A stretch of DNA of 64,000 nt from a candidate division FCPU426 bacterium (GTDB taxonomy: Bacteria; Oederibacteriota; Muellerivitia; Muellerivitales; Muellerivitaceae): assembly GCA_963771075.1 (NCBI GenBank), contig CAVYSE010000003.1, positions 320,001 to 384,000 of the forward strand, in the 5' to 3' direction. Shown here piece by piece: positions 1 to 9,462 of the stretch; position 1 is the stretch's first letter, and each line of letters opens with the position of its first letter. A program made the translations under genes and the position numbers. The notes under the pieces were generated by a model. The model did no database searches, was not told where the DNA came from, and was given only the letters and a program-made list of their open reading frames with translations.

Positions 1-66
1 CTTTCCCGAAAGGAGCGATATTTTCTTCTCGGGGCTCCAGCCCCCGTATAAGACTCCAACTTTCAT
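1..66 (-). CDS. ddl: D-alanine--D-alanine ligase, 5' fragment (runs off window)
   Basis: Manual translation from ATG at 66: MKVGVLYGGWSPEKKISLLSGK, matching the Ddl N-terminal GGxSxE..S motif; follows murB in dcw order. Confidence 0.85.
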   Translation of the reverse strand, partial: MKVGVLYGGWSPEKKISLLSGK

Positions 67-128
67 CTTGGTTCTCCGTTCCAACAGGTTCCCCGCCCCT
101 GGGGGCGGGAGTTGGTGTTGTACGACCC

Positions 129-1106
129 TCAACTTCCCTTCAAGTTCCACCATACGTCCTTGATCTCTTCCCAGTTCCAGTTGCCCATGGGCAAAATCTC
201 CGGTTCCAGGCGGATGCCGGTGGCTTCCCGCACCCTTTTTTGCACTTCCCGCATCACCCCCACCACATCGTGGGCGGTGGCCTTGCCGTTGTTGACGATG
301 AAATTGGCGTGGATCGGGCTTACCTGCGCGTCCCCCACCCGGAAACCCTTGAGACCCACCGACTCGGTCAGCCTCCCGGCGAAATCCCCCGGCGGGTTCT
401 TGAAGACGCTCCCCGCGTTTTTTTCCGTGCGGGGCTGGCGGCCCCGGCGGGCCTTGAAATATTCCTTCACCTTTTTTTCCACCATGGCCTTGGGCTCTTT
501 CCGGAGCTTGAGGACCACCTCCACCAGCACGTCCCCCGTCATCTTCAGGGAGGAACTGCGGTATCCGAACACCAGCCCGGAACTGGGGATCTTTTTCATT
601 TCCCCCCGGGGCGACACGATCGTCACTTCCTGCACCAGGGGCCCGATCCAGGCCCGTTTGGCGCCCGCGTTCCCCACCACCGCCCCGCCGATCGTCCCCG
701 GGATCCCGGCGAAAAATTCCACTCCGCCCAGGTTGGCTTCCCGGGTCTTGGCCAAAACCGAAACCAGCTTGGTGCCCGCCTTGGCCCGGACCCGGGTCCC
801 TTCGATCTCCACCCCCTGGAAATTCCGGCCCAGCCGGATCACCACGCCCTGGTAGCCTTCGTCGGCGAAGAGCACGTTGGAACCCCCGCCTAAAATCAGG
901 TAGGACACCCCCGCGTGGGACAGGCAACGCAGGAGTTCGCTCAGGTCTTCCGCGCCCTGCGGCTCCACCAACGCCGAACAACGCCCCCCGATGTGGTAAG
1001 TGGTCTGGGGGCCCAAGGGCGCGTCGAGGATCACCTTGCCCTCGATGAGCCGGGTCAGTTCCCGCAAATCCACCTGTTTGAGATCCATCCGTTCCACCGC
1101 GATCAT
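129..1106 (-). CDS. murB: UDP-N-acetylenolpyruvoylglucosamine reductase
   Basis: GGGSN, GIPGTIGG, NAGA, GSVFKNP, HANFIVN and LEPE motifs; start set at ATG 1106 after GAAGGAG. Confidence 0.95.
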   Translation of the reverse strand: MIAVERMDLKQVDLRELTRLIEGKVILDAPLGPQTTYHIGGRCSALVEPQGAEDLSELLRCLSHAGVSYLILGGGSNVLFADEGYQGVVIRLGRNFQGVEIEGTRVRAKAGTKLVSVLAKTREANLGGVEFFAGIPGTIGGAVVGNAGAKRAWIGPLVQEVTIVSPRGEMKKIPSSGLVFGYRSSSLKMTGDVLVEVVLKLRKEPKAMVEKKVKEYFKARRGRQPRTEKNAGSVFKNPPGDFAGRLTESVGLKGFRVGDAQVSPIHANFIVNNGKATAHDVVGVMREVQKRVREATGIRLEPEILPMGNWNWEEIKDVWWNLKGS

Positions 1107-1133
1107 GTTTTCGTTTTCTCCTTCAGACTTTTT

Positions 1134-1246
1134 CACCACCAAGGCGCCAAGGCGCCAAGAAAGGCAAAACAAGCAACCGCCGACTTAAGGTTTTTAATCC
1201 AAAGATTCATTTTTGGGTTTTCTTGGTGTCTTTGTGTCTTGGTGGT
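1134..1246. repeat. Paired inverted REP-like repeat (CACCACCAAGGCGCCAAGGCGCCAAG ... CTTGGTGTCTTTGTGTCTTGGTGGT)
   Basis: Imperfect inverted arms with 9-nt internal periodicity between murC and murB. Confidence 0.7.
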
Positions 1247-1263
1247 CATTTTTGCCTTTCTCC

Positions 1264-2669
1264 TCATCCCTTGTGTTTCTGGACCAGGTCGCTGCCGACC
1301 TTCCAGATGTCGCCCGCGCCCATGGTCAGGAGTACGGTGTTGGCGTTGAGGCGGTTTTTCAGGTATTCCAGGAGCGCGCCCTTGTCCTCGATGGATTGCA
1401 CGTTCTTGTGGCCGTTTTCCCGGATGGCCTCCACCAGCGTCTTTCCCGAGACCCCGGGGATGGGCTTCTCCCGCGAGGGATAGATGGCGGAAATGACCAC
1501 CTCGTCCGCGTCAAAGAAGGCCTTGCCGAACTTGTCCCGAAGCAGCTGGGTGCGGGAGAAGAGATGGGGCTGGAACACGACCAGGAGCTTTTTCTTCCCC
1601 GCGTAAGTTCTTGGCCGCCCTCAGGGTCTCCTGCACGGCCGTGGGATGATGGGCGTAATCGTCGATGACCGTGGCTCCCTTGTAGGTACCCTTGATCTCG
1701 AAACGGCGCTGGGCGCCATGGAAACGGGACAAGTCCCGCCGCGATGGCCTTGAAGGGGACCTTGAGTTCCAGGCCCACCGCCACCGCCGCCAGGGCGTTC
1801 TGCACGTTGAATCGCCCGGGGACGTTGAGTTTCACGGCCCCCAACCGCTTGCCCTCCCATTCGACCTCGAAGGTGGACCCGATTTTTTCCAGCTTCACCT
1901 TTCGGGCCCGCAAAGCCGCGCCCGGCCCCATGCCGTAGGCCACCGCCCGCCTCTTGAGCTGGGGCAGGATGGCCTGGACCTGCTTGTCGTCGACCCCCAG
2001 GATCACGCAGCCGTAGAAGGGCACCTTGTTGCCGAAAGCCACGAAGGCTTCCCGCACCTTCTCGATGGAACCGTAGTAGTCCAGGTGGTCGTCGTCGATG
2101 TTGGTGACGATGGAGATCATGGGGGAGAGGAGGAAGAATTCACCGAAGGCCTCGCAAGCCTCGGCGACCAGGTATGGGCTTTTCCCCAGCTTGGCGTTGG
2201 ACTTGAACACGTCCACCTGCCCTCCGATGACCAGGGTGGGGTCCAGCCCGCCCTCGGTGAGCACCAGGCCCACCATGGAGGTGGTGGTGGTCTTGCCGTG
2301 GGTGCCGGAGACCGCGATGCCGTACTTGAGGCGCATCAATTCCCCAAGCATCTCGGTGCGGGGGATGACCGGGATGCCCCGGCGCGCGGCCTCGGTGATC
2401 TCCGGGTTGTCCATGGGCACGGCGGCCGAATACACCACCACGTCGGATGCGGAGACGTTGCCGGCCTTGTGCCCGAAGGAGATCTTGGCCCCCATCTTCT
2501 GCAGCCGGTCGGTCACCTCGCTGGCCTTCAGGTCCGAGCCCGTCACCTGGTAGTGCAGGCTCAGGAGGACCGCCGCGATGCCGCTCATGCCCGCCCCGCC
2601 GATGCCGATGAAATGCACGCGTTGGACCTGCCCCAGGGCCTGGTTGATCTGGAAAGAGGCTGTTTTCAT
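1264..2669 (-). CDS. murC: UDP-N-acetylmuramate--L-alanine ligase, split by two apparent +1 frameshifts (near 1730 and 1590)
   Basis: [11 protein letters not shown] and GTHGKTTT in ORF 1359..2669; GAQRRFE and DDYAHHP in ORF 1511..1732; FQPH..SRT and MGAGDI in ORF 1264..1578. Confidence 0.92.
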
Positions 2670-3767
2670 GCGGTTTTCCTTTGCCGGGCCATTGCCAAAA
2701 GCCCCTCGGCGATTTGGGCTGCCGCCCCCGGGCGCGCGAGGTTTCCCGCGGCCCGGCCCATCGTTTGAAGCTTTTCCCTATCCGAAAGCAGTGAGATCAC
2801 CGCCCGGCAGAGGGTTTCCTCGTCCGCCTCGTCCTCCCGCAGAACCTGCGCCATCCCGGCCGCCTGGAGCATCCGTGCGTTCTTCTCCTGGTGCCCGGAA
2901 GCGTGGGGATATGGAATAAAGAGGGCTGGTAGGCTCCGGCTTATGAGTTTCGGCGCAGGTCATGGCGCCCGACCGGCTCACCACCAGGTCGCTGGCCGCG
3001 TAAGCTTCGTGAATATTCGCGATAAAGGGCCTCAAAACCACCTTCAAGGGGCATTTTTCCAGCTCGTCCACCGTCGCTTGATAATCCGCCGGGCCCGTCA
3101 TGAAGATCGCCTGCACCGGCTGGTCTCCCTGGCCCAGGAATTTCAACACTCCCGCCATGAGGCGGTTCAGGCTTCGGGCCCCCTGCGATCCCCCCAGCAT
3201 CAACAGCGTGGGGGTATCCGGTTGTAACCCGAAGGCTTCCCTCGATTTTTTCCTTTCGGCCGACACGATCTCTTCCCTGACCGGAATTCCAGACCATTCC
3301 GACCTCCTCCTCGAAAAGTGTTTGAGGGTTTCCTCGAAACCGACGAAAACCCTCCGGGCGAAGGCGCCCAAAAACCGGGCCGCCAATCCCGGCTCCACGT
3401 TGGGTTCGAACAATCCCACCGGCACACCCCGACAACAAGCCGCGAGGGACAAAGGCACGGATACGTAACCGCCCGTGGAAAAGACCGCCGCCGGGCGGAT
3501 GGCTCCGACCAGCCGCCAGGACCGCCCGAAACCCCGGGCCAGGTCCCAGGCGAAGCCGAAGAGCCTCCACGAGAGGGAGCGGGGCATGCCGCTGGCGGAG
3601 ATGCCCTCGAAAGGGATTCCCGCCTCGCGCACCCACTTGGCCTCCGGCCCGTTGACCTTGCCCACGTATACCAACTTGTTCTCCTTGTCCTTCATCAATT
3701 CTTTCGCGACCGCCAACGCGGGAAACACATGCCCCCCCGTTCCGCCGCCCGTTAACAAAATCTTCAC
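2666..3767 (-). CDS. murG: Undecaprenyl-PP-MurNAc-pentapeptide GlcNAc transferase, one apparent frameshift near 2950
   Basis: GGGTGGH, GGYVS, GGSQGA and SRSGA motifs; C-terminus (PYPHASGHQEKNARMLQAAG) continues in the frame of ORF 2666..2872; GTG start at 3767. Confidence 0.92.
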
Positions 3768-3803
3768 ATTCCTAACCTTAACGACAACGGCAAACCACTT
3801 CTT

Positions 3804-3968
3804 AACCACAGAGACACATGCCACCCATCCACAAACCCATAAAGAAGGTGGTATAGCCCCGCATTTTCTAAATGATCTTTCCAAAAGATATGCGGGGCAG
3901 AGGCACAGAGAAAAAATTTTTGATCTAATTTTGAAATCCTTCTCCGTGTCTCCGTGTCTCCGTGGTGA
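3804..3968. repeat. REP-like pair (ACCACAGAGACACAGAG family) whose left arm is interrupted by an 81-nt two-hairpin insert (3819-3899)
   Basis: AACCACAGAGACACA[insert]GAGGCACAGAG versus partner arm CTCCGTGTCTCCGTGTCTCCGTGGT. Confidence 0.8.
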
Positions 3969-3987
3969 AATCCTTTGTCTTTATTAT

Positions 3988-5141
3988 TCATGCCGCCACC
4001 GGCTTGGCCCCGAAGGGCGAGGACAACTTGGTCTCCCGGGATATGTTGAAAAGGATGCCGATGGAGAACAGCGTGAAGACCATGGAGGAGCCTCCGTAGG
4101 AAATCAGGGGAAGGGGGATACCCTTGGTGGGCAGCAGGCCCGTGACCACACCCAGGTTCATGACCGCTTGGAACCCGATAAGGCCCGTGACGCCGGAGGC
4201 CAGGAGCGCCTTGAAAAGTCCGTTCTCCCGCATCCCCGCCTGGGCCGCCACCTTGAAACCCCGCAGGATGAAGACCGCGAAAAGGAACACCAGGCTGCCG
4301 GCTCCCCACAATCCCAATTCCTCGGCGATGACGGCGAAGATGAAATCGGTGTGGGGCGCGGGAAGGTAAAAGAGCTTTTGCGTGCTGTTGGAGAGTCCGA
4401 CCCCCAGGGGCCCGCCATTCCCCACCGCGATGAGGGATTGGATCAGCTGGAAACCCGGCCCCCTGCGGATCCTCCCAGGGGTTCAGGAAGGCCGTAATGC
4501 GCCTCATGCGGTAACTGGCCGACTCCACGAGAAAAATGAAGGTAGGCACCAGGACCGCCAGGGGCATCATGAAAAATTTCCATTGCATCCCCGAGAACAG
4601 CATCAATTGGAGGGTCACCAGGGCCAGGAGCACCGCCGTTCCCAAGTCGTGCTGTTTTTCCAGAAGGACCATCCCCAGCCCCAAAATGATGAAATAGGGC
4701 ACCAGGCCGGAGAGCTGGCGTATCTGGGCCTGGCGGCGGTCCAGGGAATCGGCCAGGTAGAAGACCAGGGCGATCTTGAAAACCTCGGAGGGCTGGAAGG
4801 AAAGGGGACCCAGCCGGAACCACCTCTGGGCGCCGCCCACCGTGCGGCCGATGCCCGGAATACAGACCGCGACCATGAGCAGGAGGGACAGGAACAGGGC
4901 CGGAATGGCCAGGGCCCGGAGCCTTTCCAGGTCCATCCGGGAGGCGAACCACAAACCCGCCCACCCCACCCCCACCCAGGTCAGTTGGCGCAGAATGAAG
5001 TAATAACTGCTGTTGTAGCGGTCATGGGCCAGGATGGCCGAGGCGCTATAAACCATGATCAGCCCGACCGTCACCAGGACGACGGTCGAGCAGGAACAGC
5101 AGGAAGTCGGGCGACGGCTGGGACTTGTTTTTAAGGTTCAC
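3988..5141 (-). CDS. ftsW: SEDS peptidoglycan polymerase FtsW, two apparent +1 frameshifts (near 5090 and 4450)
   Basis: MVYSAS, GAQRW, FQPSE, DLGT and PWEDPQG in ORF 3764..5074; HTDFIF..EELG and PLISYGGSS in ORF 3988..4425; GTG at 5141 after GAGG gives PDFLLF N-terminus. Confidence 0.92.
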
Positions 5142-5151
5142 TTTTTCCTCT

Positions 5152-5343
5152 TCATTCTTGAAAGACCCGGAGATAGGGGATTTCATCCTTCCGTTCGGAT
5201 TCCGACCAAGGCGTTGAAGGTGTGGTAAAGGTGTGGGTGGTGTGGCTGTCAGAATCCGAGCGCAAAAATGAAACCTCCCTTCCCGATTGGACGGCGGCGT
5301 GGATGCGCCGCGACTCTTTCTCGCCCAATTGGATGATGAACAT
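5152..5343 (-). CDS. Small hypothetical protein (63 aa) between murD and ftsW
   Basis: ATG at 5343 after a purine-rich GGAAGAAG tract, co-oriented with the operon, stop 10 nt before the ftsW start. Confidence 0.45.
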   Translation of the reverse strand: MFIIQLGEKESRRIHAAVQSGREVSFLRSDSDSHTTHTFTTPSTPWSESERKDEIPYLRVFQE

Positions 5344-5380
5344 CAGCGTTTTTCTTCTTCCAAACAAAACGACCCCAAAT

Positions 5381-5472
5381 CACCGCGAAGTCGCGAAGAA
5401 AATCGAAAGCCCATGGATGAAAAAAACATAAATCTAAATTGTCGTTTTGTCGTTCTTCGCGTCTTCGCGGTG
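5381..5472. repeat. Paired inverted REP-like repeat (CACCGCGAAG(A/T)CGCGAAG family)
   Basis: CACCGCGAAGTCGCGAAGAA ... TTCTTCGCGTCTTCGCGGTG; same family at 28833-29005 and 38898-39004. Confidence 0.85.
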
Positions 5473-5485
5473 AAAATTCCTCGCT

Positions 5486-6868
5486 TCATCCTTTTGTGGC
5501 CCCCGTTCGGGATTCCCGTAAGTGCTTCACCAGGGCCTTGAACTGGCGGCCCCGGTCCTCGTAATTCTGGAACATGTCAAAGCTGGCGCATCCGGGGGAA
5601 AACAAAACCGTCCCCCCCTTCTCGCTCTCGGCCAAGGCTCCCTTGACCGTCTCCTCCAGGGTGCCGGCTTCCACCACCGTGACCGCCGGGGAGAGTTGGG
5701 CGGCCACCTTGGCCTTGCACTCCCCGAACGCCACCACGCGGGTGACCCTTTCCTGGATGAGGGGGATCAAACGGGTGAAATCCCCCGCCTTGTCCCGCCC
5801 GCCCAGGATCAGCACGATGGGCCGCCGGAAGCTTTCCAGGGCCTTGACCACCGAATCCACGTTGGTGCCCTTGGAGTCGTTCACGAAACGCACCCCGTCG
5901 ATCTCGCCCGCGTCCTCCAGCCGGTGTTCCACTCCCTCGAAATCCTCCAAAGCCTTCGCGATGGCGGCATCCGGCGTGCCCATCAGGGAGGCGGCCAGGG
6001 CCGCCGCGCAGGCGTTTTCCACGTTGTGAGGGCCGGGTATCCTCAAGGCGGCCAGTGGAAGCAGTTCGCGCCCTAAAAGCTCGATCTTCCCCTCCACGGC
6101 GTAGCAGCCCGGTTTTCCCCCGCCCCGGTTTTCCTTCGGGAACCCGAAAAGGAAAACCCGTCCCTTGGCCATGGAGGAGAAAAGAGGGGTGTACTTGTCG
6201 GAAACGTTCAAGAGAACCGAGTCTTCCGGACCCTGGTTCTTGAAAACCCTCCCCTTCATTTCCACGTAGGTCTGCATGGAGCCGTGCCGGTCCAGGTGGT
6301 CGGGCGTCACGTTCAGGATCGCCGCCACTTTGGGATGGAAATCCCTTATGGTTTCCAGCTGGAAGCTGGAAACTTCCAGGACCGCCGCGTCCTCGGCGGA
6401 CAGGTCGAACACCGCCTCGGCGAAGGCCGTGCCGATGTTGCCGCAGGCCAGGGCTTTCCGGCCGCCCCGGAGGATCATCTCGGTCAAAAGGGTGGTGGTG
6501 GTGGTTTTACCGTTGGTGCCGGTCACCGCCGCCACGGGGGCCGCGCAATAGCCGAAAGCCAGCTCCATTTCACCGATGACGGGCAGGCCCTTGTCGGCGG
6601 CCGCTTCCAGGACCGGGTGATTCAGGGGTACTCCCGGGGAAACCACCAAAAGGTCGCAAGCGGTCAGCTCCCGCAGGTTGCCCCCGCCCAGGGCCAGGCG
6701 GACCCCGGAAAGGCCCTTGGCCTTTTCGATCCAGGAAGTGAGTTTCTCCGGGCTCTTGTCGTCCAGGATCACCACCCGGGCCCCGTGGAGGGTCAGGAGC
6801 CTGGCGGCCGCGAACCCCGACCTTCCCAGACCCATGACCGCCGCTTGTTTTCCGTTCACGTTTAGCAT
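5486..6868 (-). CDS. murD: UDP-N-acetylmuramoyl-L-alanine--D-glutamate ligase
   Basis: GLGRSG, GTNGKTTT, EVSSFQL, DHLDRH, NDSKGTN and SPGCASFD motifs. Confidence 0.97.
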   Translation of the reverse strand: MLNVNGKQAAVMGLGRSGFAAARLLTLHGARVVILDDKSPEKLTSWIEKAKGLSGVRLALGGGNLRELTACDLLVVSPGVPLNHPVLEAAADKGLPVIGEMELAFGYCAAPVAAVTGTNGKTTTTTLLTEMILRGGRKALACGNIGTAFAEAVFDLSAEDAAVLEVSSFQLETIRDFHPKVAAILNVTPDHLDRHGSMQTYVEMKGRVFKNQGPEDSVLLNVSDKYTPLFSSMAKGRVFLFGFPKENRGGGKPGCYAVEGKIELLGRELLPLAALRIPGPHNVENACAAALAASLMGTPDAAIAKALEDFEGVEHRLEDAGEIDGVRFVNDSKGTNVDSVVKALESFRRPIVLILGGRDKAGDFTRLIPLIQERVTRVVAFGECKAKVAAQLSPAVTVVEAGTLEETVKGALAESEKGGTVLFSPGCASFDMFQNYEDRGRQFKALVKHLRESRTGATKG

Positions 6869-6878
6869 GGTTTCCCCG

Positions 6879-7967
6879 TTACCTCAGTTTCAGCGTGGAT
6901 AAAGTCAAAAGCGTCAAAATGATGGCCACGATCCAAAAGCGCACGATGAGCTTGGATTCGGGCACGCCGGAGAGCTCGAAATGGTGGTGGAGGGGAGCCA
7001 TCTTGAAAACCCGCTTGCCGCTGACCTTGAAGGACGTCACTTGGATGATGACCGAGAGGGCCTCCGCCACGAAGATGCCGCCCACGATGATGAGCAGGAT
7101 CTCCTGCTTGACCATCATGGCGATGGTGCCCAGCAACCCTCCCAGGGCCAGGGAGCCGGTATCGCCCATGAAGACCTGGGCCGGATGGGCGTTGAACCAG
7201 AGGAACCCCAGCCCCGCCCCCACCAGCCCGGCGCAGACCACCGTCAACTCGGAGGCGCCCGGCACGGTGATGATCTTCAGGTACTCGCTGAATTTCACGT
7301 TGCCCGACACGTAGGTGACGACCACGAAGGCCATGGCCGCGAAGGTGGTGCAGCCGACCGCCAGGCCGTCCAGGCCGTCGGTCAGGTTCACCGCGTTGGA
7401 GGCCGAGACGATCACCAGGACCCCGAAGAAAGGATAGAGGGCGTCCAGGTTCACGGGATGCTTGAAGAAAGGCAGGGTGATGTAGGTCTTCATGTAAAAA
7501 TCGTCGGGGAGCACCATCAGGTAGAGGTACACGATGAGGATGGCCCCCATGACCTGGAAGATCAGCTTTTGGGCGCCCGAAATCCCCCGCTTTTTGCCCT
7601 CGCCCACGAGCTTCCAGTAATCGTCCGCGAAGCCGATGGCCCCGAACCAGAGGATGGACAGGAGGGCGATCCAATACAATTTGGAGTCCCATCGGACCCA
7701 CAGCAGAGTGCTGGCGACGAGGGAAGCCACGATCAGGAGCCCCCCCATGGTGGGCGTCCCCGCCTTGGCCGAGTGGCTGGCCGGCCCGTCGGTACGGATC
7801 TTCTCGCCCATCTGGGAGGACCTCATCCAGCGGATCAGGGCGCCCCCGAAAAGGAGGCATATGGCGAAGGTGGTGACGGCCGCGTAAACGGAGCGGAAAG
7901 TCACGTACCGGAAAACATTGAATCCGATGAACTTTCCGGCCAGCGGGTAGAGGAGGTGGTAAAGCAT
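6879..7967 (-). CDS. mraY: Phospho-N-acetylmuramoyl-pentapeptide transferase
   Basis: KAGTPTMGG, NAVNLTDGLDGL, FMGDTGSLALG and MAPLHHHFE motifs. Confidence 0.98.
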   Translation of the reverse strand: MLYHLLYPLAGKFIGFNVFRYVTFRSVYAAVTTFAICLLFGGALIRWMRSSQMGEKIRTDGPASHSAKAGTPTMGGLLIVASLVASTLLWVRWDSKLYWIALLSILWFGAIGFADDYWKLVGEGKKRGISGAQKLIFQVMGAILIVYLYLMVLPDDFYMKTYITLPFFKHPVNLDALYPFFGVLVIVSASNAVNLTDGLDGLAVGCTTFAAMAFVVVTYVSGNVKFSEYLKIITVPGASELTVVCAGLVGAGLGFLWFNAHPAQVFMGDTGSLALGGLLGTIAMMVKQEILLIIVGGIFVAEALSVIIQVTSFKVSGKRVFKMAPLHHHFELSGVPESKLIVRFWIVAIILTLLTLSTLKLR

Positions 7968-7972
7968 GGGTC

Positions 7973-9328
7973 CTAACCTTTCCTTTTGGGCAGCGCCTCA
8001 AGCGCCGCCTCCATTTTCATTCCCCGCGAACCCTTCAACAGCACCGCGTCCCCGGACCGGATCCGGCGGGCTAATTCGGTCCCGGCCTGTCTCGAGGACT
8101 CCAGGAGCATCACTTCCTCCCTTTGGTCCGCGCTCAGGTACCGGGCGGCCTTGCGGAACTCCCCTCCCACCAGGAGCACCAGGCCCGGGGCCAGGCGCAG
8201 GGCCTGGCGGAGCGCCTGGCGGTGGGCCAGGGGGCCGAAGTCGCCCAGTTCGAGCATGTCCCCCAGCACCAGGACCTTGCGCTGGGGCCCCTTCAATCCC
8301 TCAAAGGTGGAAAGCGCCGCTTCCATGGAGGCGGGGGAGGCGTTATAGGCGTCGTTGAGGATCAAGGCCCCCATTCGGTTCTCGATTTCCATGCGCATCT
8401 TGGCCTTGGGCCGGAAGCTGCCCAGCCGTTCGGCAAGCGCCTGGAAGGGCACGCCCAGGGCCAGACCGGCGGAGGCCGCCGCCAGGGCGTTCAGGACGTT
8501 GTGGGCGCCGGGCATTTGAAGGAGGACCGATGACTTTTGGCCGCTCGCCTGAAGGATAAACCGGGTGAAGAGACCCCGGGGTTTGAGCTCCAGCGCCCGG
8601 ACCTGCCCGGTCTTGAATCCGAATGTGATCACTTGTTCTCCTTTTTGGCTCAACAGGGGTTCTTCCCCGTTGAGGACGATCCACCCGCCCGGCCGGAGGG
8701 CCGTTTGGATCTTTTGTTTCTCTTGCGCCAACTGCCGCCGCCCGCCGAAATGCCCCAGATGCGCGTCCCCGATGGCGGTCACCACGGTCACATCGGGCCG
8801 CGCGGTCTCCGACAACCCCGCCATCTCGCCCGGGTGGTTGATGCCGATCTCCACCACCGCCGACCGGTCCTCCGGGGAGAGCCTCAACAACGTCAAGGGG
8901 AGTCCCCATTGGTTGTTCAGGTTGCCCTCGGTTTTTAAGACCCTTCCCTTCGCCCCCAGTAAATGGGCCGTCATGTCCTTGACCGTGGTCTTTCCCATGC
9001 TTCCCGTCACGGCCACCACCGGCCCGTTCCACTGAAGCCTTTGGCTTCTTCCCAAGTCCCCCAAGGCCCGGGTGGTATCCGAAACCAGAACCTCAGGAAG
9101 CTTCCCGGCCCCTTCCTGATCGACGAGGGCCCCGGCCGCCCCCTTGGCCGCCGCTTCCCTTAAAAACTTGTGCCCATCCAGGCGGTTTCCCCGGATAGCC
9201 ACGTAAAGGTTCCCCTTTTTCAGGGCCCGCGTATCGTGGGAAACCCCCGCGATCCGGACCTTCCGCCCCCCCTTGAGAAGCTTTCCGTTCGTCAAGGCGG
9301 CCACTTCTTCCAGCGACCATGGCAGCAT
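7973..9328 (-). CDS. murF: UDP-MurNAc-tripeptide--D-Ala-D-Ala ligase
   Basis: [35 protein letters not shown] and KGSRGM motifs. Confidence 0.96.
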   Translation of the reverse strand: MLPWSLEEVAALTNGKLLKGGRKVRIAGVSHDTRALKKGNLYVAIRGNRLDGHKFLREAAAKGAAGALVDQEGAGKLPEVLVSDTTRALGDLGRSQRLQWNGPVVAVTGSMGKTTVKDMTAHLLGAKGRVLKTEGNLNNQWGLPLTLLRLSPEDRSAVVEIGINHPGEMAGLSETARPDVTVVTAIGDAHLGHFGGRRQLAQEKQKIQTALRPGGWIVLNGEEPLLSQKGEQVITFGFKTGQVRALELKPRGLFTRFILQASGQKSSVLLQMPGAHNVLNALAAASAGLALGVPFQALAERLGSFRPKAKMRMEIENRMGALILNDAYNASPASMEAALSTFEGLKGPQRKVLVLGDMLELGDFGPLAHRQALRQALRLAPGLVLLVGGEFRKAARYLSADQREEVMLLESSRQAGTELARRIRSGDAVLLKGSRGMKMEAALEALPKRKG

Positions 9329-9354
9329 CAGGAATTCAACCCAGCAAAATCTTT

Positions 9355-9462
9355 TTCACCACAGAGGCACAGAGACACAGAGAAGTAATTTGATTTATCT
9401 TTTCCTTTAACCATTTTTGCCTTCTTGAAGGTGTCTCTGTGTCTCCGTGTCTCCGTGGTAAA
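9355..9462. repeat. REP-like pair (CACCACAGAGGCACAGAGACACAGAG family); right arm lies inside the murE 3' end
   Basis: Inverted arms at about 9355-9382 and 9435-9462. Confidence 0.85.

Noticed and set aside
1264..5141. Frameshifts in murC (2), murG (1) and ftsW (2) as pseudogenisation or programmed recoding
   Set aside because: All are consistent with single-base insertions in essential genes, clustered in the first 5.2 kb, while murD to mraZ are intact. No shared slippery motif is visible. Sequencing or consensus error is most likely, and probably also explains the shifts near 18700 and 37500.
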